From contig CBDBKE010000004.1 of the NCBI GenBank assembly GCA_965206645.1, forward strand, positions 704,001-768,000: a stretch of DNA of 64,000 nt, read 5' to 3'. The notes under the pieces are model-generated. The model was given only the letters and a program-made list of their open reading frames with translations, searched no databases and was not told the DNA's origin. Positions within the stretch are counted from its first letter, which is position 1. Every line of letters begins with the position of its first letter. Below, piece after piece: positions 30,823 through 40,878 of this stretch. The DNA comes from Terriglobia bacterium (GTDB lineage Bacteria; Acidobacteriota; Terriglobia; JAJPHL01; JAPKYU01). The position numbers and the translations under genes were made by a program.

Positions 30823-31683
30823 TCAGGCCTGGGCGGGTACCCGCTGGTGGGACTCCACGTAGTTGCGGACGTAGGCCTGGAAGGCAGTTTTCAGGCGCGC
30901 TGTCACCGGGCCTTGCGGAAGGGGACTACCGTCCAGTTCGCGCACCGGCATCAGTTCGCGGGTGGTGGAAGAGAGAAACACCTCGTCGGCCGTGCGCAGA
31001 TCGTCGAGGTGCAGAACCTGCTCTCGCATCTCCAGCCCCAATTGAGGCCCGAGCTTGAGCACAATGCGACGGGTGACTCCCGGCAAGCAACCGGAGTCCA
31101 GCGACGAGGTCAGCAGCTTTCCCTGCCGTACGGCGAACAGGTTGGCTGCGGTGCACTCGCTGACCTCGCCACGCTCGTTCAGCAGCACCGTTTCGTCGAA
31201 GCCTCGCTCCCGCACCTCCTCTAGCGTGGCCACATTGGCGACCCAGGAGAGCATCTTAGCGCCCGCCAGTGCCGAAGCGGCATGGCGGGCGTGCGGCGAT
31301 ACCGTCAGGCGCGCCGAAGACGGCCAGGGGGGCAACTCGGCGGTGAACAACAGGTAATCGGTCTCGCACCCGGTTTTGACGCTCCACATCCCTGCTCGAT
31401 TCCTCACGAAGGAAAGCCGCGCGGCGGCTTCGCGCACGCCATTGGCCGAAATCAGCTGCAGTAACTGCTGCCGGATCTGTTCGGGCTCAAAGTCCAGCTG
31501 CATCCGCAGGCGCTGGGCGTCGTGGCTCACACGCTCCCAGTGGAGCTCAAAGGCAAACGGGACACCCCCATAAATGCGGAGAGTAGTGAAGACGCCCCAG
31601 CCTGTCAGCAGGCCAACTTGCCCAGGCGACAGGCACGCTTCGATCGGCCTTAAGACACCGTTGTGCACGATCCGCGAATGCAT
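30823..31683 (-). CDS. Class IV aminotransferase (IlvE/PabC-like)
   Basis: GWGVFTTLR, H.ER, GAK, ECTAANLF, CLPGVTRR, ADEVFLSST. Confidence 0.88.
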   Translation of the reverse strand: MHSRIVHNGVLRPIEACLSPGQVGLLTGWGVFTTLRIYGGVPFAFELHWERVSHDAQRLRMQLDFEPEQIRQQLLQLISANGVREAAARLSFVRNRAGMWSVKTGCETDYLLFTAELPPWPSSARLTVSPHARHAASALAGAKMLSWVANVATLEEVRERGFDETVLLNERGEVSECTAANLFAVRQGKLLTSSLDSGCLPGVTRRIVLKLGPQLGLEMREQVLHLDDLRTADEVFLSSTTRELMPVRELDGSPLPQGPVTARLKTAFQAYVRNYVESHQRVPAQA

Positions 31684-31834
31684 CGCTCTAACTCACCAGC
31701 CTGAGCCACACCCGACCAGTAAAGTTCCCAATATACTTCAACGACGTGCGGAGGCAGCGGTTGTCCGATGAGAAGTTTTCCGGTCCTTGGCGGGAAAGTG
31801 ACGAAGCCCTCCTCCCCGCATCAACCCTGCCGCA

Positions 31835-32713
31835 TCAACCCTTCGGGGGGCGGTTCAAGTAACGGGCAAACACGACTTCATTGCCTTGCTGGTTGTAAAT
31901 CAGCTCGTCGGCGATGCCTCGTGTTAGCAGGATGCCAAAGCCGCCAGGGCGCTTTCCGCTGGCCTCCCGCACCTCCAGGTGCTGGAAAGGCTCCTCGTCC
32001 GGGTTGGCGATGGCGGCGTGCAACAGCTCCTCGAGGCGGAAGCCGCGGCCCGGATCGTTGATGCGGTAAAGAATGAGCTGGCTCAGTCGCAGATAGCAGA
32101 CAGTGATCCGCCGGTGGGCTTCGCTCTCGCAACCGTGCTCAGTGATCCGCCGGTGGGCTTCGCTCTCGCAACCGTGCTCGATGGCGTTGTTGAGCAGCTC
32201 GCGGAAGGCGATGCTGATCTCGTTTCGGGTCTCGGTGTCGATCTCCGCATGCAGTTGCTCAAAAAACTTCCCTAGCCGCGCCACGACCTGAAAACTGGCC
32301 GGCACGTGCAGTTCGATCCACTGGGGCGTGGCCGAGATGACCTTGATGGCCTCCTCACAGGCGAGCAGGTTGGCCACCGCCCCCCGCAGGTCGTCCATCG
32401 CGAAGGGCTTGGCGAGAAAGTCGATGATATTCTCGCGGAGCGCTGCGAGCAGCCGGGCCTGAGTGTCCTGCCCGGTAATGATCAGCACGCGGGCCGCCGG
32501 ATCCGTTTCCCGGATGCGCCGGATCACCTCTAAGCCCTGCATGCCCGGCAGCACCAGATCGCAGATGACGGCGTCGAAGGGCCGCGCGGCGTACAGCCCC
32601 AGACCTTTTTCCGCGGAAGAGGCGGTCACTACGGAGTAGTCGCGCAGTCCGGCCTGCAACACTTTCAGGATGAGCGGGTCGTCGTCAATGATCAGCAGGC
32701 GGCTGGCCATCAT
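31835..32713 (-). CDS. Response regulator receiver fused to an RsbW-like HATPase domain
   Basis: LIIDDD, CDLVLPGMQG, FLAKPF; then ELLNNAIEHG, DPGRGF, RPGGFG. Contains a 13-aa exact duplication. Confidence 0.85.
   Translation of the reverse strand: MMASRLLIIDDDPLILKVLQAGLRDYSVVTASSAEKGLGLYAARPFDAVICDLVLPGMQGLEVIRRIRETDPAARVLIITGQDTQARLLAALRENIIDFLAKPFAMDDLRGAVANLLACEEAIKVISATPQWIELHVPASFQVVARLGKFFEQLHAEIDTETRNEISIAFRELLNNAIEHGCESEAHRRITEHGCESEAHRRITVCYLRLSQLILYRINDPGRGFRLEELLHAAIANPDEEPFQHLEVREASGKRPGGFGILLTRGIADELIYNQQGNEVVFARYLNRPPKG
32101..32178. repeat. Exact 39-bp tandem duplication (in frame)
   Basis: 32101-32139 equals 32140-32178; encodes EHGCESEAHRRIT twice. Confidence 0.9.
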
Positions 32714-32773
32714 TAAACCCGGTGGAGGATCGCGAGAGAAAGCTGCTCTCATGAGATAGAATACGCCCTGGCG

Positions 32774-35700
32774 ATGAAAGCGACAAAGCCTTTCCTTCGC
32801 TCGATTCTGTTATTGGTACTGGTTTGGGGGCTCGCTGGTCGGGCGGGCTAGAGCCAGGGGTTAATCCTGACTCTGGCTGGCGGCGGTCCCACCGGCTTCT
32901 GCGGCGACGGCGAGCGCTCGCCCGACTCCTGCCTGCGACTGCCCCGCGGGATGACGGCCGATACCAACGGCAATCTTTACATCGCCGACACGCTCAACAA
33001 GCGCGTGCGCAGGATCACCCCCGGGGGCATCATCAGTACTTTTGCCGGCAACGGGGCCACCGGCTTTTCCGGTGATGGAGGCCCGGTGCTCCAGGCGAGT
33101 TTCAGCTCGCCGACCTCGGTTGCTTTCGACCCGCTGACCGGAGACCTCTACATCATGGATTCGGGAAACAACCGAGTCCGCAAGATGGCGCCGAACGGAA
33201 TCATCACCACTATCGCCGGGGACGGTGCGACCACCTTCCGTGGCGACGGCGGGCCGGCGACGGCCGCGAGCATCAACCCCGGCGGCGGCCCGGCGGGCTT
33301 GCTGTGGACTGGGGTCGCCCTGTTTCTGACCGACATCCAAAACCAGCGCATCCGCAGAATTGATCTTAACGGCATCATCACCACGGTAGCCGGCACCGGC
33401 CAGCGTGGATTTGGCGGGGACGGCAGGCCAGCGCCCAGCGCCTCGTTGAGGGACCCAGCCGGAACGCTCGCCGCGGATGGGCTAGGCAACCTTTACTTTT
33501 CCGATACGGGCAATCACCGTGTGCGCCGCATCAACTCGTTGGGAATCATTTCCACCGTAGCGGGCAGCAGCACCGGCGGCTTTGGCGGCGATGGTGGCCC
33601 GGCGACCTCAGCCTTTCTGCGGCTCCCCGTGGGTGTGGCAGTGGACCCTGCCGGCGCTCTGTACATCGCCGACAGCGGCAACGACCGAATCCGCCGGGTC
33701 GCGCCTGATGGAATCATCAGCACCGTGGCCGGGGGAGGCATGAGCAACCTCGACGACGCCGACTTTTCCACCGACGTGATCCTGGCAGGCCCGGCCGGGA
33801 TTTTGGTCGTTCCCCGCGGCGTGTTCATTTCGGACACTGACAACAACCGTGTGCTCACAGCACCAGGAGTCTTCGCAACTCCGGGTCCGGTGACTGTGCT
33901 GCCCTCCCGCCTGGATTTCGAGGCCAAACTGGGGGGAGAGTTGCCTGCCCCCAAGGGGTTGCTTCTGTTCAGTCCGGACCTGTCGGAGTTTGCTTTCCGG
34001 GCAGAGGTATCCACGGTTTTGGGCGGAGACTGGCTGGTTGTGCGACCGCTCATTGGCTTTGCCCCCAGTGCCCTTTCCGTCTTCGTCAAATCCGGGAACC
34101 TGCCTGCCGGGTTCTACCAGGGCTCGATCACGTTTGCGGTTGCCCAGGCCACCAATTCACCCGTGACCGTCCCGGTGACCCTGACCATCACCGACGAACC
34201 GCCATCCTTGGCCGTGGCCCCCGATCGCCTGGCGTTTTCCGCCATGGAAGGCAGCAATCCCCCGCCGCAGGCGCTGCGCATCAGCAATGCGGGGGGCGGG
34301 ACCCTTGACTGGACGGCAGACGTGATTCTACCGGCGGATGTGGCGCTGGCGGGAGCATTCCCGCAGATCAACCTGTCCGCCAACACCGGCACCGGCACGA
34401 CTCCAGTTCGCGTTTCGGTAGACACTACCGGCGTCGGGCCGGGTTCTTACCGAGCCGCAATCCTTGTCAGAACTGCCAGCGGGCCCGTTGCCAGCAGCCG
34501 AATCATTCCCGTCCTGGTCCAGGTGACTCCGGCTATTGCCGTGCTCCAAACCAGCCAGTCGGGGCTGATCTTTGTGGGCGTCGAGGGATCGGGCGAGTTG
34601 CCGTCGCGCAATTTCAATGTGGTCAACGCCGGTTCAGGAGACATGATGTGGATGGTGGAGATTCGCTCCATCTCCGGCGGCAATTGGCTGACCGTGTCAC
34701 CCACCGACGGCACCAGCACCGCCGGCCAGGCGTCGCCCCAGGTGGTCTTCAGCGCCGACGCTACGGGACTGTTAGCAGGCAGCTACCACGCAGTCGTGCG
34801 CATCCGGGCGCCCGGCGCAGCCAACTCGCCGCAATTCGTACACGCGGTGCTGAACGTATTGCCGCCGGGCTCCACACCGCCGCCCCTACCCTTTCCTTCC
34901 GGGCTCCTGTTCCTAGCCAATGCAGGGGGCGCGCCCCCTGCGGCCCAGCAAGTGCGAGTGTTCACCGGCCGGGGCCCTGCCGTCAACTTCAGCGCCTCCG
35001 CCACCGCGGTAGACGATGAGGGCTGGTTGAGGGTGAATCCCAGCAACGGCACTGCCTCGGCCACGGTCCCGGGCGAACTCAACGTCCGCGTGGACCCCAG
35101 CGCGCTGGCCGCCGGATCCTATGGGGGGCAGGTGAACGTCGCGTTGTCGGATGGCAGCACACGTTCGGTCAACGTGCTGCTGGTAGTGGCGCCGCCCGGT
35201 ACCTTCACGACATCGGGCACGACATCGGGCACAACGCTTGGTAGCGCTCTTGCCCCAAAGCGTGAGCCACCCCGGACGGCCCAAGAAGCCTGTACTCCCA
35301 GCACACTGGCCCTGGTGCATACCGGGCTGGTGAGCAATTTCGCGTCCCCGGTGGGCTGGCCAGTCCCGCTGGTGGTGCAGGTCACCGATGACTGCGGAAC
35401 CGAGCAGGCAAACGCCGCTGTGATCACTACCTTTTCCAGTGGCGACCCGGCGATCGTCATGGCCAATTTGAAGAACGGCCTGTACAGCGGCACTTGGACA
35501 CCAGCCTCTGCGGCTTCCGTCGTGACTATCACCAGCACGGCCTTGGCCATCGGCCTTGAACAAGCCACAGCCCAGATCAGCGGCGAGATCGGCGCCAATG
35601 CCGTGCCCCAGGTGTTCCGTGGGGGCGCTGTGCATGCTGCCAGCTTCGACAACGGGGCGCCGCTGGCGCCGGGCTCGATTTTTCCATTTTCGGTACCAAC

Positions 35701-36309
35701 CTCGCCGCCGACCAGTTTTTCGCACAGGACGTGCCCCTGCCAAAGGAATTGGGCGGGCTTTCCGCGACACTGGGCAACTTCGACGTCCCGCTCTTCTTCA
35801 CCAGCGGCGGTCAGGTGAATGCGCAGGTGCCGTTCGACCTGCCCCCCGACAGTAGTTCGCAACTCGTGGTGAAAGTGGGCGAAGCCTTCACCGTTCCCGA
35901 GACCATCAACCTGAGCACCGTACAGCCGGGAATCTTCACCGTGAACCAGAGCGGCTCCGGGCCAAGCGCCATCCTGGACGCCAACTTCGCTCTGGTCAGT
36001 TCCAGCAACCCAGTCCGAGCGGGAGACGTGATCCAGATCTTCTGCACCGGGTTGGGCGCAACCAGCCCGCCGGTCCCGAGCGGCGAATTCTCGCCCAGCT
36101 CGCCACCTGCCACCACGGTCACCCCGGTCACCGCCACGGTGGACGGCCTCGACGCCCCGGTGTTGTTCGGCGGGCTGGCATCGGGGTTCGTCGGCCTCTA
36201 CCAGGTGAACGTGCAGATTCCCGCGGGAGTGAGCAGCGGCGAGATTGAGCTGGTACTAACCCAGCAGGGGGTGGCTAGCAACACTGTCACCATTTTCGTG
36301 ACGCAATAG
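32774..36309 (+). pseudogene. Secreted NHL-repeat / BACON-like / TIGR03437 C-terminal domain protein, interrupted
   Basis: Signal peptide from ATG 32774, in-frame TAG at 32849, NHL repeats (GDGGPA, LYIADSGNDRIR), Ig-like repeats, T-run frameshift near 35680, and a GFVGLYQVNVQIP C-terminus. Confidence 0.75.
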
Positions 36310-36422
36310 TGAAAGGGCTGGACATGACCAGTTGATGGGCCATGGAGTCACTGGAGCGCGCCGCTCGCTCCTCAGCCGTGATATCTTGTTATGAGCCACT
36401 GCCGACGAAGAATCGGCGGTTG

Positions 36423-36994
36423 GTGGGGCGCGCAGTGCCAGTGGGGCGCGCAGTGCCAGTGGGGCGCGCAGTGCCAGTGGGGCGTGCAGTGCCAGTGGGG
36501 CGTGCAGTGCCAGTGGGGCGTGCAGTGCCAGTGGGGCGTGCAGTGCCAGTGGGGCGTGCAGTGCCAGTGGGGCGTGCAGTGCCAGTGGGGCGTGCAGTGC
36601 CAGTGGGGCGTGCAGTGCCAGTGGGGCGTGCAGTGCCATGGGGCGTGCAGTGCCAGTGGGGCGTGCAGTGCCAGTGGGGCGTGCAGTGCCAGTGGGGCGT
36701 GCAGTGCCAGTGGGGCGTGCAGTGCCAGTGGGGCGTGCAGTGCCAGTGGGGCGTTGCAGTGCCAGTGGGGCGTGAAGTGGGGCGTGCAGTGCCAGTGGGG
36801 CGTTGCCAGTGGGGCGTGCAGTGCCAGTGTGGCCAGTGGGGCGTGCAGTGCCAGTGGGGCGTGCAGTGCCAGTGGGGCGTGCAGTGCCAGTGGGGCGTGC
36901 AGTGCCAGTGGGGCGTGCAGTGCCAGTGGGGCGTGCAGTGCCAGTGGGGCGTGCAGTGCCAGTGGGGCGTGCAGTGCCAGTGGGGCGTGCAGTG
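36423..36994. repeat. 18-bp tandem array (GTGGGGCGTGCAGTGCCA) x ~32
   Basis: Directly visible. The first three units carry CGC instead of CGT; a few indels between 36640 and 36835; no spacers. Confidence 0.95.
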
Positions 36995-37072
36995 AATGGT
37001 GAACCGTCATTACTGATCTGGAGCCAGAGTACATCCTGGCTAATTAACTGGACGAGGGTGGCAGAGGTTGCT

Positions 37073-37870
37073 ATGAAACGCATACTTTCACTTGTTGTCA
37101 TGGGGGCACTCAGCGGCGGCACGCTCTGGGCGGCCGATCCTTGGAAATCAAATAAGAAGTACACCGACTGGTCCGAGAAAGAGGTCCGCAAGGTCTTGCA
37201 AAAGTCGCCGTGGGCCAAGACCGTCACCATCACGCTCTTTTCCGGCTCGGGATCCGGCACGGGCCAAGCGGGCGGAGGGGACTATGGGTCGCCCCCAAGT
37301 GGCGAGCCCGCGCCCGGTGGTGCCGCGACAAGTGGCGGCTCGCTCACAGGTGCGGGCGGGGGCAGCAACCCTGGCCAGGGAGGGTTCGGCAATCAGGGAG
37401 GATTCGGCGGCGGGGGCAACCGCTATCTGCAAGTGCTGGTGCGCTGGCAGAACGCCCTGCCCGTCCGCCAAGCGTTTGCGCGCCGGCAAATCCAGGCCGA
37501 AAGGATAACGCCCGAACAGGCCGAACAGCTTGTCCAGCAAACCCCCGACGAGTATGTGGTGATGGTCGGTGGCATGACGAGGGCCGCGATGGGCGGCACG
37601 ACTGAAGAGAAAGTCAAGGCTAGCACCTACCTCAAGACAGGGGATAAACAGCGGATCATGGTGCAAGAAATGCGCATGTCTCAGGGCCAGGCGCCCAACA
37701 CGAGCAAGTCCGAGGCCCAGCTTCCCGACATGTTTTTTGTCTTCCCGCGGGCGATGCCCATCGAACTCCGCCACAAGTCCGTGGAATTCGTCACCGAACT
37801 CGGCCAATTTAAGATCAAGAAAAAATTTAAGCTCAAGGACATGCTGTTCGGAGGCAAACTGGAGCTTTAG
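37073..37870 (+). CDS. Secreted hypothetical protein (paralog 1)
   Basis: Signal peptide MKRILSL...LWA; DWSEKEVRKVLQKSPWAK, Gly-rich linker, KKKFKLKDMLFGGKLEL. Confidence 0.8.
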   Translation: MKRILSLVVMGALSGGTLWAADPWKSNKKYTDWSEKEVRKVLQKSPWAKTVTITLFSGSGSGTGQAGGGDYGSPPSGEPAPGGAATSGGSLTGAGGGSNPGQGGFGNQGGFGGGGNRYLQVLVRWQNALPVRQAFARRQIQAERITPEQAEQLVQQTPDEYVVMVGGMTRAAMGGTTEEKVKASTYLKTGDKQRIMVQEMRMSQGQAPNTSKSEAQLPDMFFVFPRAMPIELRHKSVEFVTELGQFKIKKKFKLKDMLFGGKLEL

Positions 37871-37951
37871 ACACGGCATAGGGTGCAGCGCCGCCCCTTA
37901 CTGGCGGCACTACGGCAGCCAGTGGGGTCAGAGAAAGGTCAGGTGGTTGGC

Positions 37952-38686
37952 ATGAGACATATACTCTCGCTCGTTCTTCTGGGTGCGCTCAGCGGCGGCT
38001 CGATCTGGGCGGCCGATCCCTGGAAATCAAACAAAAAGTACACCGAGTGGTCCGAGAAAGAGATCCGAAAGGTCTTGGAAAAGTCGCCGTGGGCTAAGAC
38101 TGTCACGCTGACGTTCCTTGCCGAATCGGGGTCCGGTCAGGGCGCGGGGGGCAGGCAACCCCTGGATGACCAGCCCAACCAGGTCACGAGCGCTGGTAGA
38201 GGCGGCCCTCCAATCTCGGGCAGCAGCGGCGGCCCGCGTACAGCCAGCCGGCTGGTGCTGGTGCGCTGGGACAGCGCCCTACCCGTCCGCCGGGCGGTTG
38301 AGCGCCGGCAAGTCCAGGCCGAAATGATGACCCCCGAACAGGCCCAGCAGTATTTTGAGCAGGCGCCCAGCGAGTATGTGGTGGTGCTCGGCGGTATGCC
38401 GATGGTCGAGATGACCGGCGGGACTTTAGAAGAAGTCAAGGCCAGCACCTACCTGAAGACGGGTGATAAGCAGCGAATCATGGCGCAAGACGTGCGCATA
38501 TCCCAGTTGCCCGAGGAGAGCTTGGCCGCGGGACAAGTTCCCGACTTCTATTTCTCCTTTCCGCGGGCGACTCCCATCGAGCTCCGACAGAAGTCCGTGG
38601 AGTTCTTCACAGAGGTTGGCCAGTTTAAGATCAAGAAAAAGTTTAAACTCAAGGACATGCTGTTCAACGGCAATTTGGAGCTTTGA
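37952..38686 (+). CDS. Secreted hypothetical protein (paralog 2)
   Basis: Close paralog of 37073-37870 (ADPWKSNKKYT.WSEKE, KASTYLKTGDKQRIM, KKKFKLKDMLF). Confidence 0.8.
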   Translation: MRHILSLVLLGALSGGSIWAADPWKSNKKYTEWSEKEIRKVLEKSPWAKTVTLTFLAESGSGQGAGGRQPLDDQPNQVTSAGRGGPPISGSSGGPRTASRLVLVRWDSALPVRRAVERRQVQAEMMTPEQAQQYFEQAPSEYVVVLGGMPMVEMTGGTLEEVKASTYLKTGDKQRIMAQDVRISQLPEESLAAGQVPDFYFSFPRATPIELRQKSVEFFTEVGQFKIKKKFKLKDMLFNGNLEL

Positions 38687-38741
38687 GCTCTCCTTCAAGC
38701 CGTAGAGCTGGCCCTTGAGTGTGGCAGGACGTCGAGCAGAG

Positions 38742-39803
38742 CTAGCGGAAATCGCAAGCGTCAACAAAAGGCATGCGCCGGTCGGAAAAATCGGGTTGGT
38801 AATATTCGGCCGCTTCTTCCTCCAGGGGCTGGACCCAGCCGTTCTCAAAGCCAAGTTCTTCCAGCCACTCCAGAACCCGCTCCCACTCGCGGGGCCGAAT
38901 CTTGCGGTTCAGCAAGGGAAACAACTCCTCGCCGCTAGACGACTCTGCACGGCCCACCTTGTTGGTGGGGTAGTATTGCGACATCACGCTCACGGTGACC
39001 CGCGGGGAAAGCTCCTCGCCGATCCACTCCAGCGTTTCCCGCAGCCCGCCCAAGTCGTTGGGGAGCACGAGCAGGCGAATCACCAAGCCGCGTCGCAATA
39101 ACCCCCGCTCGTCCATGACCAGCTCGTCTCCCATCTGCCGGTGCATCTCCTTGACCGCGGCCCGCGCGCTGGCCACGTAGTGTGGGACTCGGGAGTAGGT
39201 TCGCGCCGTTTCCTCGTCGCTGTACTTCAAGTCGGGCAGGTAAACGTCAACGATTCCTTCCAGCAGGCGCAGCACTTCCACGCTGTCGTAGGCGTTGGTG
39301 TTGTAGACGAGAGGGAGGCGGAGCCCGCGCCGCGCAGCGATCTCCACGGCCCGAGCGAGCTGCGGCGCAAAATGCGTGGGCGAGACCAGGCCGATGTTAT
39401 GGCAACCCTGCTGCTGGAGTTCCAGCATGATCTCGGCCAGCCGCTCCAGACTTGTTTCCCGAGTGGGTCGCTGCGTCCGCAGGTCTTGGCTGATTTGCCA
39501 GTTCTGGCAATAGACGCAGCGCATATTGCAGTGCCCCAGGAAGATGTTGCCGGCGCCGCGAGCCTCCCCGCTCGGCAGGTGCGTCCCGCTCAGGGCCGGT
39601 TCTTCCCCGAAGTGCGGCCCGTAGGAGGAAACAATCGGGAGGTAACCGGCGGCGCAGACTTTGGCCTGGTTCTCCAGACGGTTCACCCGGCAATCCCATG
39701 GGCAGACCGTACAGGAGGCCAGCAAGGCTTCCAGGTGCGCCCCGCGCTCAGCAAGCTCGCCGGTCGCTGAAAGGCGCAGATAACCCGGTGTCCACTCCGT
39801 CAT
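38742..39803 (-). CDS. Radical SAM protein, PflX-like
   Basis: CTVCPWDC, HFGEEP, CNMRCVYCQN, HNIGLVSPTH, DVYLPDLKY, MSQYYP. Confidence 0.88.
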   Translation of the reverse strand: MTEWTPGYLRLSATGELAERGAHLEALLASCTVCPWDCRVNRLENQAKVCAAGYLPIVSSYGPHFGEEPALSGTHLPSGEARGAGNIFLGHCNMRCVYCQNWQISQDLRTQRPTRETSLERLAEIMLELQQQGCHNIGLVSPTHFAPQLARAVEIAARRGLRLPLVYNTNAYDSVEVLRLLEGIVDVYLPDLKYSDEETARTYSRVPHYVASARAAVKEMHRQMGDELVMDERGLLRRGLVIRLLVLPNDLGGLRETLEWIGEELSPRVTVSVMSQYYPTNKVGRAESSSGEELFPLLNRKIRPREWERVLEWLEELGFENGWVQPLEEEAAEYYQPDFSDRRMPFVDACDFR

Positions 39804-39831
39804 GCACTTCATTGTTACACAGCGCTGCCCT

Positions 39832-40737
39832 TCACTCATACAGCGGCGACTCGCCGGGGGGTCGGGTTTTCCAGCGCCGGTGAATCCACAGCCACTGGTC
39901 GGGATGGCGGCGGATGTGCTGCTCCAGAACGCTGGTAAGAAGCTGAGTGTTGGCCACCACGTCCTGGTCCGGGTCTGTTGTGCGCACCAGCTCCAGCGGC
40001 GGGTCAAACCGCAACCGATAGCGACCCTGGGCGGCATCCCAGAAGGCGAAGGCAGGCACCACGGCGGCCTCTGCGTGCGCTGCGATCTTTGCCAGTCCGC
40101 TCGCGGTGCAGGCCGGCACGCCAAAAAACTCGACAAAGACGCCGTCCTGCGGGGAGGCATTCTGGTCTGCCAGGATGCCCACGGCCTCGTTCTTCCTCAG
40201 CGCTTCCAGGATGCCGCGGAGGAAGTCGCGTTTCTCGAGAATGCGGTTACCAGCCAGGGTGCGGTGGCGATTCACCAGCTCGTTCAGGTAGGGATTGTCC
40301 AGCGGTCGGATCAGCACGTGAAGCGGGTGGCCGTAGACCGAGTGAGCAAACGCGCCCAGCTCCCACGCTCCCAGGTGTCCGGTCAAATAGATCACGCCGC
40401 GCCCGCGGCGCACCGCCTCCTCATAATTCTCGAAGCCATCGTAGGGGATCACCTGGGCGACATTCTGCCGGGTGTATCGCGGGAAGTGCGCGAACTCAGC
40501 CAGCATTCGTCCGAGGTTTCTATAAACACCGCGAACGATACGGCGCCGCTCGCCGGCGCTGAGCTCCGGAAGCGCCAGCCGCAGGTTGCGGTGCGCTACC
40601 CACCGGAACCGGCCCGCCAGCAAGTACACCAGGAAGGCGAGAAGCTGCGCTGCCAGGCAAGCCAGCGCCCGCGGCAGCGGTCTTAGAATCCCCAGAATGG
40701 TCCAGGCCAGCGCGTATTCAACTTTGTGTCGAAGCAA
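39832..40737 (-). CDS. Lipid A lauroyl/lysophospholipid acyltransferase (LpxL/HtrB family)
   Basis: TGHLGAWE, ILADQ, VEFFG, PDQWLWIHRRWK. Confidence 0.9.
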   Translation of the reverse strand: MLRHKVEYALAWTILGILRPLPRALACLAAQLLAFLVYLLAGRFRWVAHRNLRLALPELSAGERRRIVRGVYRNLGRMLAEFAHFPRYTRQNVAQVIPYDGFENYEEAVRRGRGVIYLTGHLGAWELGAFAHSVYGHPLHVLIRPLDNPYLNELVNRHRTLAGNRILEKRDFLRGILEALRKNEAVGILADQNASPQDGVFVEFFGVPACTASGLAKIAAHAEAAVVPAFAFWDAAQGRYRLRFDPPLELVRTTDPDQDVVANTQLLTSVLEQHIRRHPDQWLWIHRRWKTRPPGESPLYE

Positions 40738-40878
40738 CTACGCATTGTACACCCCGATTCTTTAGCTCCCGGTCCTCCTCTACTGCCGACCTAGCTCCCC
40801 TCGTACCATGAGCATACCCATGGCCCTTATCGGGACGCAAGTTCACCAGGCCGGGGTTCGCGATACACTCATCAGCGA

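Noticed and set aside
36423-36994. CRISPR array or repeat-encoded proteins (GRAVPV, WGVQCQ, PTGTAR ORFs)
   Set aside because: Units are contiguous with no unique spacers and no cas genes are present. The ORFs arise because an 18-nt stop-free unit is open in most frames.
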